Origin: an uncultured candidate division Zixibacteria bacterium
Lineage (GTDB): Bacteria > Zixibacteria > MSB-5A5 > RBG-16-43-9
Length of the DNA stretch: 64,000 bases
Assembly: GCA_963713865.1 (NCBI GenBank)
Contig: OY970208.1
Location: forward strand, 576,001 to 640,000
Direction: 5' to 3'
Part shown: piece by piece, positions 1 to 7,617 of the stretch
How positions within the stretch are numbered: position 1 is the first letter of the stretch
Layout: every line of letters begins with the position of its first letter
Notes under the pieces: generated by a model
Seen by the model: the letters and a program-made list of their open reading frames with translations, nothing else
What the model was told of the DNA's origin: nothing
Database searches by the model: none
Made by a program: the position numbers and the translations under genes

Positions 1-1
1 T

Positions 2-136
2 TTTGAGGTTGACAAACGAAAAATAGAGCTGGATGAACCGATCAAAGCCCTGGGAGTTTACACCATCCCGGTAAAAATTCATGGAGAGCTCGTAGCTAAT
101 TTAAAATTGTGGGTGGTCAAGAAAAGCGAGGAGTAG
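2..136 (+). CDS. rplI: 50S ribosomal protein L9, C-terminal fragment (5' end outside window)
   Basis: Manual translation FEVDKRKIELDEPIKALGVYTIPVKIHGELVANLKLWVVKKSEE* matches the L9 C-terminal motif. Confidence 0.9.
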   Translation, partial: FEVDKRKIELDEPIKALGVYTIPVKIHGELVANLKLWVVKKSEE

Positions 137-198
137 CCTTTATCCAGCTTTTCCGGAGGAAAAGATAGTTTAAAACAGGATGCAGGGCCAAAGTCGTT

Positions 199-684
199 AT
201 GAAAGAAGTAAAGATAAATGGCATAGCCTTAGATGTTACTACCAATTCGCCGGTGGTGATCCTGGCCCCCTTGGATTCAGACCAGCTTCTCCTTCCCATC
301 TGGATAGGACACTATGAAGCCTGGGCTATCGGTATGGAGCTTTCTGGTCTTTCCTCCAAAAGACCCTTGACCCACGACCTTTTGAAGTCTGCGATTGAAT
401 CCCTAGGTGGTAAAGTCCTGAAGGTGGAGGTAACTGAACTGGTCAATCAAACCTTTTATGCTAAAATCTATGTAGAGCTTAATGGCTCAGTTAAGGAGAT
501 CGATGCCAGGCCTTCAGACTCTATCGCCTTAGCCTTAAAAGCAGGGGCAAAAATCTATGTGGCAGATGAATTGTTTGAGATAAAAAAAGGTGACGGTAAA
601 ACTCCTGGAGCAACTGATGCAGAATCTTTAAGAGAGAGATTGAGAAAGATAAACCCGGAGGATTTCGGGAGATATACCCTTTAA
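199..684 (+). CDS. Bifunctional nuclease family protein (DUF151/BFN)
   Basis: LPIWIG..EA, RPLTHDL and IDARPSDSIALA motifs. Confidence 0.9.
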   Translation: MKEVKINGIALDVTTNSPVVILAPLDSDQLLLPIWIGHYEAWAIGMELSGLSSKRPLTHDLLKSAIESLGGKVLKVEVTELVNQTFYAKIYVELNGSVKEIDARPSDSIALALKAGAKIYVADELFEIKKGDGKTPGATDAESLRERLRKINPEDFGRYTL

Positions 685-725
685 ATCTTCAGCTTTATTT
701 TTATAGACTCATAAAGTCCTTCTTT

Positions 726-1583
726 ATGAAACCAACTCAAGTAAAATTCGCACAGTTGAAAAAAAACCTTAAAAAGATGGGAAAAGTTCTCATTGCCTTT
801 TCCGGAGGGGTGGATTCTTCCTTCCTTTTAAAAGTCGCTCTGGATACCTTAGGAAAAGAAAACATCTTAGCAGTAACTGCTGATTCAGAGACTTACCCAA
901 AAAGCGAGCTTGAAGATGCTTCCAGATTGGCTGAGGATTTAGGTTTGAACGGAAAACATAGAATTATAAAAACCTCAGAGCTTAAGCTTAAAAAATTCTC
1001 GGAAAATCCACCAGACCGGTGTTATTATTGTAAATCCGAGCTTTTCTCAAAATTAAAAAAGATCGCTCAAAAAAATAAAATCTCTTATGTGTTAGACGGC
1101 TCCAACTATTCAGACCAGACCGATTTCAGGCCCGGCAGAAAAGCTATTTTCAAGTTAGGAGTCAAAAGCCCTCTTCTTGAATCCGGGCTTAACAAAAAGG
1201 AAATAAGAGCCCTTTCTAAAAAACTTAAGCTTCCCACCTGGAACAAACCAGCATTAGCCTGTTTATCCTCCAGGATTCCTTATGGGGAGAAAATAACCCT
1301 TAAAAAACTGAACCGGATAGAAAAAGCTGAAAGCTTCTTAAAAAGTATGGGGTTTAGCCAGCTCAGGGTTAGAGATCACAATGATATTGCCCGGATCGAA
1401 TTAAAGCCAGAAGAGCTTAAAAAGTTAGTAGGTAAAAATTTAAGAAAAAAAATATATGATAAATTCAGAGGTTTAGGTTTTACCTATATTACATTAGACC
1501 TTTTAGGATATAGAACCGGAAGTATGAATGAAATTCTGTCCACAGTCCGCCAAAAGGCGGACAAATCCGGAAAGAGGAGATAA
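726..1583 (+). CDS. larE: ATP-dependent sacrificial sulfur transferase LarE family (PP-loop)
   Basis: AFSGGVDS PP-loop, RCYYCK, D.RPG, ACLSSRIPYG, GYRTGSMN. Confidence 0.9.
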   Translation: MKPTQVKFAQLKKNLKKMGKVLIAFSGGVDSSFLLKVALDTLGKENILAVTADSETYPKSELEDASRLAEDLGLNGKHRIIKTSELKLKKFSENPPDRCYYCKSELFSKLKKIAQKNKISYVLDGSNYSDQTDFRPGRKAIFKLGVKSPLLESGLNKKEIRALSKKLKLPTWNKPALACLSSRIPYGEKITLKKLNRIEKAESFLKSMGFSQLRVRDHNDIARIELKPEELKKLVGKNLRKKIYDKFRGLGFTYITLDLLGYRTGSMNEILSTVRQKADKSGKRR

Positions 1584-1587
1584 AAGT

Positions 1588-1833
1588 TTGGAGGAGAAAG
1601 ATAAAAGAATTGCTCTAAAGATATATTATGAGGGTAAATGCAAAGAGGTTACCTTTGAGGAGCTATGTTTATCCAATAACTTAGCCCAGGAAGCATTGGT
1701 AACCCTTCTGATTAAAAAGAAGATTATCGAACCCAAAGAGCTTATGGAGATGATGGAGAAAATTAGAAAAGAAAGATATAAAAATTCAGAGGAGAAGTCC
1801 GAATTGGGATCCTCCTCTGGTGGTAAAGAGTAA
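1588..1833 (+). CDS. Small hypothetical protein
   Basis: TTG start at 1588 after AGGAGA; tightly coupled to neighbours. Confidence 0.6.
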   Translation: MEEKDKRIALKIYYEGKCKEVTFEELCLSNNLAQEALVTLLIKKKIIEPKELMEMMEKIRKERYKNSEEKSELGSSSGGKE

Positions 1834-1835
1834 GT

Positions 1836-2300
1836 ATGGCAGAAGTCGATAATCCGCCAAAGGCGGATACGATACCTACGCCGGACTTGACTCCCCGCAG
1901 GGAAGCCTTGACCTGGATTTCACATCCTTTAAAGAAGAATAAGAGGAATACCCTTTTAGTTACTCTTTTTCTTGTTCTGGCACCGACAATAGTATTTTTC
2001 TCAACTCAAAGCCTGTTTTTTCTTTTACTTTCATTTTTGATCTTACTGGGCTCACTTTCCTCCTTTTTCTTACCTACGAGCTATGAGCTATCACAGGAAA
2101 AGATTAGGGTGAAATTCTTTTTTAATACTAAAGAAATGGAATGGAAAAAATACCGCAGTTTTTATGTGGATAAAAATGGGATTTTACTTTCACCTTTTGA
2201 AAAACCCTCGCGTTTAGAAAATTTTCGCGGCATGTATATTAGGTTTAATCAAAATAAAGAAGAAGTGGTAAATTTTCTTAAAGAAAGGATAAAAAGCTAA
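1836..2300 (+). CDS. Hypothetical membrane protein (2 TM plus small soluble, PH-like domain)
   Basis: Two hydrophobic segments then ...W..YRSFY.DKNGILLSPF..PSRLENFRG. Confidence 0.7.
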   Translation: MAEVDNPPKADTIPTPDLTPRREALTWISHPLKKNKRNTLLVTLFLVLAPTIVFFSTQSLFFLLLSFLILLGSLSSFFLPTSYELSQEKIRVKFFFNTKEMEWKKYRSFYVDKNGILLSPFEKPSRLENFRGMYIRFNQNKEEVVNFLKERIKS

Positions 2301-2301
2301 A

Positions 2302-2715
2302 ATGCCATTCAGACTGCCCTTCTCCTCGGAACCTAAAGGAGCAGGAAAAGAGGAAAAAGAGCTTACTCCTGAACAACAGGAGATCTTAGACAAGATTGCT
2401 AAAAAGGTAGTCTTGTGGAAGATGTCTGTTCCGGCAATACTGTTTCTGGAATCAGTCAAACCTTTGAATTACATCGGCTCCCAGATGATGGTCTTCTTCG
2501 AGCCTTTTGTGCAGACCCTTTTCTCCTGGAAGGACTATGACGAGTTCAGGAAAATGATGGAAGAAAGGGAGAATACAGAAAGACTTTTACAGACAATAGA
2601 GAAATTCGACGCTGAAGCCTTTACCAGAGAGAAAGAGGATAAAAAAAGAAGAAAAGAGGAGAGAAAGAAGAAAGGCAGAAGAACTTTGTGGCAGGTAATT
2701 ACCGGAAGAGACTAA
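2302..2715 (+). CDS. Conserved hypothetical protein
   Basis: Operonic ORF with PAILFLESVKPLNYIGSQ segment. Confidence 0.7.
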   Translation: MPFRLPFSSEPKGAGKEEKELTPEQQEILDKIAKKVVLWKMSVPAILFLESVKPLNYIGSQMMVFFEPFVQTLFSWKDYDEFRKMMEERENTERLLQTIEKFDAEAFTREKEDKKRRKEERKKKGRRTLWQVITGRD

Positions 2716-2788
2716 TTTTGGAGTGCATCCAAATGGATGCCAAAACGTAGCGTCCCGCATTTATGCGGGACGAAAAAAAGAACGTCCT

Positions 2789-3586
2789 ATGAAGCAAACT
2801 CAATATAGAATTGGCAAAAACTGTATTTACTGCTGTACTCCTATTGTAGGTGAGCTAAAAACGAATGACCATATTTTATCTAAGTCCTTGGGCGGAGTAT
2901 TCACAATTTCTGCTTGCAAGGAACATAATCAATTATTGGGTTCCACTGTTGAAAATTGGATAAGTGTAGATTATTGGATTAATTTGGCAAAAAATAATTT
3001 AAAACTTAGGAATTTTAAATTAAATCCAAATTTCAAATTTAGTGCTAAGTCAAGTGAATATAAGACTCTGAAATTGCCCAATGGAAAAGAAAAGCTAATA
3101 GCTCCATACACAGATAAAACTATTTGGAGAATAATTGCCAAGTATTTCTATGGCCATTTAGCATTCCTTATAGGTGATGACATTTTTAAAGAGGAGTTTC
3201 ACACCTTGCGTGATTATATTTTGGGGCGTACCATAACAAATATAAATGAGGAAGAATATCTAGTCCGCTGCGTAAAAAAAGAAAACGAGACACATAAAGA
3301 AGATTGGAATATAATAAGGTGTGATTATAGCCATACACCTTGTGATGCAGTTCATATTATTGAATTCGACCAAGCAATGCTATCTCTTTTAATAACATTT
3401 TATCTTTTTCGTTCTTATGTATTTCTTTGTGGAATAGTATACACCGTTCCGAATAAAGTAAGATGCAAATTGCCTATGAGAATTTTATATGATTTAAGGA
3501 ACAGAGATGTTCTTATTGGAGAATTATCAAAAGATAAAAAGGAGTGGACTTATAAATCTATCAATAAATCAAGGAAATATTGCTGA
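2789..3586 (+). CDS. Putative HNH-type nuclease
   Basis: N-terminal CIYC...DHILSKSLGG...C..HN pattern; visibly AT-rich; the longer start at 2723 runs through REP-like DNA. Confidence 0.6.
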   Translation: MKQTQYRIGKNCIYCCTPIVGELKTNDHILSKSLGGVFTISACKEHNQLLGSTVENWISVDYWINLAKNNLKLRNFKLNPNFKFSAKSSEYKTLKLPNGKEKLIAPYTDKTIWRIIAKYFYGHLAFLIGDDIFKEEFHTLRDYILGRTITNINEEEYLVRCVKKENETHKEDWNIIRCDYSHTPCDAVHIIEFDQAMLSLLITFYLFRSYVFLCGIVYTVPNKVRCKLPMRILYDLRNRDVLIGELSKDKKEWTYKSINKSRKYC

Positions 3587-3622
3587 GTCAATACGAGAGT
3601 TTCTCGAGTGAGGGCCAAAATT

Positions 3623-4021
3623 ATGCGATATATTAAATATTTATATTTAATTTCTTTTTTATTTTTAGCTTGCGCGAGCAATAATCAAGCACTACAAAAA
3701 GAATTAGAAAAACAAGATAAACAAGAATTAGAAAAGCAAATTAAACAAGAAAAATTGCAAAAATTCTTTAATGAATTAGATAGCTATAAAAATGTAATGA
3801 CTTATGATGATGCACTTTTAAAGTGGGGTGAACCGACTTCTAATGTTGAAGGTAAAGAAACTTACATTGTAATTTGGCGTAATGAAAAAAAAGGAGAGAT
3901 AACAATTGCAGGGCCTCAAGGTACAACATTTACAAAACAGGTGATTAAGGGTTCGGAATTGAGACTTATGTTTGATAAGGCAACTAATAAAATGATAAAA
4001 TGGGAATTTAAAGAATTGTAG
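3623..4021 (+). CDS. Hypothetical lipoprotein
   Basis: MRYIKYLYLISFLFLAC lipobox; WGEP motif as in BamE/BLIP-like small lipoproteins; AT-rich. Confidence 0.65.
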   Translation: MRYIKYLYLISFLFLACASNNQALQKELEKQDKQELEKQIKQEKLQKFFNELDSYKNVMTYDDALLKWGEPTSNVEGKETYIVIWRNEKKGEITIAGPQGTTFTKQVIKGSELRLMFDKATNKMIKWEFKEL

Positions 4022-4109
4022 GTTAAGCATCGCCCGTAGGGGGTGCTTGACAAAAAATTAAAAATGTCGATCAATATTTTCGGGTATGCTCGACATACAA
4101 ATATGAAAT

Positions 4110-4209
4110 GTAGGGACAGGGCTTGTCCCTGTCCGAATCGATTGCGGACAGCCACACGGTTCGACAAACTCACCGTCCTGAGCAAAGTCGAAGGAAGGGC
4201 TGTCCCTAC
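4110..4209. repeat. GTAG-type REP-like doublet with nested CCTGAGC..GTCGAAGG insert
   Basis: GTAGGGACAGG..CCTGTCC and GGACAGCC..GGCTGTCCCTAC hairpins; an insert-free version lies at 49844-49908. Confidence 0.75.
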
Positions 4210-4250
4210 GAAAAACAAAAGATAAATTGATACTGCTATAAAGGAGTTCT

Positions 4251-6119
4251 ATGAAAGATCTAAAACCTGAAGATATCAATGTAATCGTCGCTACAGACTG
4301 CGGAAGCACCACTACCAAAGCGATCTTGATTGAGAAAAGAGGAAATGAATACCGCCTGATCGTGAGAGGTGAAGCCCCTACCACAGTTGAATTTCCTTTT
4401 GAGGATGTAACTATGGGAGTATTAAATGCCGTAGCTGAGGTGGAGGAGCTTTCTGGAAGAAAGATTCTGGATGAGAAAGGCAGGATTATTTCACCGGCTA
4501 AGGGAAACGTAGGTACCGACATCTATGTATCAACTTCAAGTGCTGGTGGCGGCTTGCAGATGATGGTCGCCGGAGTGGTAAGAAGTATGACCGCAGAAAG
4601 TGCTGAAAGAGCCGCCTTAGGAGCAGGTGCCATTGTGATGGATGTTATCGCCTCCAATGATAAAAGGCTTCCTCATCAGCAGATTCAGAGGATCAGACAT
4701 TTAAGACCGGATATGATTTTATTATCCGGAGGAATAGATGGGGGAACCACTACCCATGTGGTAGAATTAGCTGAGTTACTCTCTGCTGCAGACCCAAAAC
4801 CGAGATTAGGTATCGGTTACCAGCTACCGGTTATCTATGCCGGAAACATAAATGCGCGTGAGGCAATAAAAAATACCCTTTTAGATAAAGTGGATTTAAC
4901 CATAGTGGACAATATAAGACCAGTTTTAGAGAGGGAAAACCTCTTCCCTGCCCGTGAGAAAATCCACGACCTTTTTATGGAGCATGTGATGGCTCAGGCG
5001 CCCGGTTATAAAAAACTTATGACCTGGACCGATGCTCCGATTATGCCCACTCCAGGCGCAGTTGGTCTGATTATGAAAAAGATCGCAGATGAAGAAGGAA
5101 TTGAGGTGGTGGGTGTAGACATAGGTGGAGCAACTACTGATATCTTTTCCGTATTTCAAACCATCTTCAACCGGACCGTCAGCGCTAATCTGGGGATGAG
5201 CTATTCTGTATCCAATGTTTTTGCTGAAGCGGGATTGAGTAATGTGATGAGATGGGTCCCCTTTCATATGGATGAAAGAGATTTGAGAAACCGGGTCAAA
5301 AATAAGATGATTAGACCAACTACTATACCACAAACCTTAGAGGAGTTAATCTTTGAGCAGGCAATTGCTAAAGAGGCTTTAAGGCTTGCCTTTATCCAGC
5401 ATAAATCTTTTGCCACAGTTTTAAAAGGGATTCAACAGCAGAGAACCATAGCAGATGCCTTTGACCAGACCGCAGGTGGCCTGACACTGGTTAATATGAT
5501 GACCTTGAATATGCTCATTGGTTCAGGCGGGGTTTTATCCCATGCTCCGAGAAGAAATCAAGCCGCATTAATGTTAATCGATGGATTTTTACCAGAGGGT
5601 ACTACCAGATTAGCAGTTGACAGCATCTTTATGATGCCCCAGCTTGGAGTTTTATCCACTGTTCATACCAAAGCCGCAGTTGAAGTCTTCAATAAAGACT
5701 GCTTAATTCACTTAGGGACTTGCATCGCACCAGTTGGGGAACTTAAGGTCACTTACAGCTCTACGACCCGTAGGGAAGAAAAGGATATCTTAAAATATAA
5801 ATTTCAGATGCCGAATGGTGAAACCATTGAGGGTATTTTAAAATATGGTGAAATGAAAAAGTACCCCTTAGGCCTGGATGAAAAAGGAAACCCATTAAAA
5901 GCTAAGGCTACTTTGGAGCCGCTTAGAGGATTTGATGCTGGAGCAGGGAAAGGAACAAAAGTTGAAAAAGATATTTACGGTGGTGTAACTGGAATAATCT
6001 TAGATGGCAGAGGAAGACCTTTTGTTCTACCAACGGATGATAAAATCAGAGTTAAGAAACTAAAAGAGTGGATGATCGCATTAGGTATATATTCAAAGGA
6101 GATATTGGAAAGGCTGTAA
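4251..6119 (+). CDS. GlmL/'glutamate mutase L'-like ASKHA-fold ATPase with C-terminal extension
   Basis: Phosphate-1 motif ATDCGSTTTK, SSAGGGL, A..AALGAGA, LSGGIDGG, IMPTPGAV, phosphate-2 motif VDIGGATTD, IGSGGVLSH. Confidence 0.8.
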   Translation: MKDLKPEDINVIVATDCGSTTTKAILIEKRGNEYRLIVRGEAPTTVEFPFEDVTMGVLNAVAEVEELSGRKILDEKGRIISPAKGNVGTDIYVSTSSAGGGLQMMVAGVVRSMTAESAERAALGAGAIVMDVIASNDKRLPHQQIQRIRHLRPDMILLSGGIDGGTTTHVVELAELLSAADPKPRLGIGYQLPVIYAGNINAREAIKNTLLDKVDLTIVDNIRPVLERENLFPAREKIHDLFMEHVMAQAPGYKKLMTWTDAPIMPTPGAVGLIMKKIADEEGIEVVGVDIGGATTDIFSVFQTIFNRTVSANLGMSYSVSNVFAEAGLSNVMRWVPFHMDERDLRNRVKNKMIRPTTIPQTLEELIFEQAIAKEALRLAFIQHKSFATVLKGIQQQRTIADAFDQTAGGLTLVNMMTLNMLIGSGGVLSHAPRRNQAALMLIDGFLPEGTTRLAVDSIFMMPQLGVLSTVHTKAAVEVFNKDCLIHLGTCIAPVGELKVTYSSTTRREEKDILKYKFQMPNGETIEGILKYGEMKKYPLGLDEKGNPLKAKATLEPLRGFDAGAGKGTKVEKDIYGGVTGIILDGRGRPFVLPTDDKIRVKKLKEWMIALGIYSKEILERL

Positions 6120-6131
6120 ACTGAGGAATAC

Positions 6132-6214
6132 GGAGTATAAACCTTTAGGTTTATCTAAATGAATTTTCCTGTTTTGAATCTGATTGAGATGGTAAAGCTG
6201 AAGCTTTACACTCC
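6132..6214. repeat. GGAGT-type REP-like doublet (also 10298-10348, 22718-22772, partial at 26809)
   Basis: GGAGTRTAAACCTTYAGGTTTA ... TAAAGCTRAAGCTTTACACTCC recurring. Confidence 0.8.
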
Positions 6215-6261
6215 AGTTTTTTCCCAAAAAATAATTTTTCTGAAATCTTAAAGGAGTTTTT

Positions 6262-7389
6262 ATGGGACATGCATATACGCCGGGTTTAAAAGTAACTGAG
6301 AAGGTCTTAGTAACCAAGAAAAGGATTCTACCTTTGAAGGGCGAGGTCGTGGTAAAAGTTGGAGACAAGGTAAGCCCTGATACAGTGGTTGCCAGAACCA
6401 ATCTCCCTGGAAATGTGGAGCCGATAAATATAGCAAATATTTTGGGACTTCCTCCAGAGGATGTGCCTGAGCATATGTTGAGAAAAGAAGGGGAAAAAGT
6501 TAAAGAAAATGAAGTGATTGCCAAAAGCAAATCTTTCTTCGGGTTTTTCTCCTCAGAGTGCCGGTCCAAAGCTGAGGGCACAGTTGAAAGTGTTTCCTCC
6601 ATTACTGGACAGGTTTTGATTCGCGGAAACCCAATTCCAGTGGAGATAAAAGCCTATTTAGAGGGCGAGGTTGTCGAAGTCTTCCCAAAAGAGGGAGTTT
6701 CGGTTAGTACCTGGGGCTCTTTTATCCAGGGTATCTTCGGTATTGGTGGTGAGACCCATGGAGAGATAAAAATTGTAACCAAAGATAATACTGAAATCTT
6801 AACTGATACACTCATAGATAAAGAATGTGCTGGAAAGGTGATTGTGGGCGGAAGCCTGGTCACCAGCCTGGCAATAAAGAAAGCTGTTTCATCTGGAGTA
6901 AAGGGGATCGTGGTAGGGGGGTTTGATGATAAAGATCTAAGGGAATTTTTAGGGTATGATTTAGGAGTAGCCATAACCGGCTCAGAGGAGCTGGGCATAA
7001 CCCTGGTAGTAACCGAAGGTTTTGGGCAGATAAATATGGCAGAGAGAACCTTTAACTTGCTTAAATCCAAACAGGGAAAAAAGGCTTGTATAAACGGAGC
7101 CACCCAGATAAGAGCTGGGGTAATCAGACCTGAGGTGGTAATACCTTATACTGATGATATTCATAGAAAGATCGAAACTGAAGCCTTTGAAAATATCGGC
7201 CTGGACATCGGAAGCCCCATCCGGGTAATTCGACAACCCCATTTTGGCAGACTGGGTAAAGTTGTTAGTCTTCCTTCACCTTTGCAGAAACTTGAGTCCG
7301 AATCCTCTGCCCGGGTCTTGGAGGTTGAATTCGAGGATAAAACCAGAGCCATAATCCCCAGAGCTAATGTGGAGATGATAGAGGACTAG
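6262..7389 (+). CDS. Hypothetical cytoplasmic protein with biotinyl/lipoyl-like barrel-sandwich repeats, central alpha/beta domain and C-terminal KOW-like domain
   Basis: VKVGDKV and RKEGEKVKENEVIA..SKAEGTV motifs; GKVIVGG/KGIVVGG core; GSPIRVIRQPHFGRLGKV; no signal peptide. Confidence 0.7.
   Translation: MGHAYTPGLKVTEKVLVTKKRILPLKGEVVVKVGDKVSPDTVVARTNLPGNVEPINIANILGLPPEDVPEHMLRKEGEKVKENEVIAKSKSFFGFFSSECRSKAEGTVESVSSITGQVLIRGNPIPVEIKAYLEGEVVEVFPKEGVSVSTWGSFIQGIFGIGGETHGEIKIVTKDNTEILTDTLIDKECAGKVIVGGSLVTSLAIKKAVSSGVKGIVVGGFDDKDLREFLGYDLGVAITGSEELGITLVVTEGFGQINMAERTFNLLKSKQGKKACINGATQIRAGVIRPEVVIPYTDDIHRKIETEAFENIGLDIGSPIRVIRQPHFGRLGKVVSLPSPLQKLESESSARVLEVEFEDKTRAIIPRANVEMIED
7334..7389 (+). 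repeat. Direct repeat copy 1 (3' end of the 6262-7389 gene)
   Basis: 56 bp, 51 identical to 10148-10203. Confidence 0.95.
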
Positions 7390-7391
7390 AA

Positions 7392-7420
7392 GTAGGGACA
7401 GAACACTGTTCTGTCCCTAC
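7392..7420. repeat. GTAG-REP-like palindrome (also 49844-49872 and 52625-52649)
   Basis: GTAGGGACAGAACA-C-TGTTCTGTCCCTAC perfect inverted repeat. Confidence 0.85.
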
Positions 7421-7545
7421 AATATGTAATCTCGCCTTGTCCTCAAGTCCGAGAAATGGATCCACAGTAGAGGGATATTTGACCTCCCGTAGGCGGGGCT
7501 TCAAACCCCGCTAAATAAGTTTTCCAGAAAACTCTAAAAAATTCC

Positions 7546-7574
7546 TTGACTAAGTTAATCCTGTCTTATATAGT
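7546..7574 (+). promoter_or_regulatory. Sigma70-type promoter for the M4 peptidase
   Basis: TTGACT-N17-TATAGT, then GGAGG RBS before ATG 7618. Confidence 0.65.
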
Positions 7575-7617
7575 TAAAACTTAGAAAAAAGTAACCTTTT
7601 AACCGGAGGGGTGTCAA

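Noticed and set aside
3916-4225. Short ORFs 3916-4218 (-) and 4043-4225 (+); likewise 45527-45823 and the 5' extensions of ORFs 2723, 30339 and 36445
   Set aside because: They are translations of REP-like palindromes; better starts exist downstream for the real genes
4251-6119. Calling this DNA mismatch-repair MutL or a true glutamate mutase component
   Set aside because: Motifs are ASKHA-type, not GHKL, and no mutase S/E or B12-binding subunit is nearby
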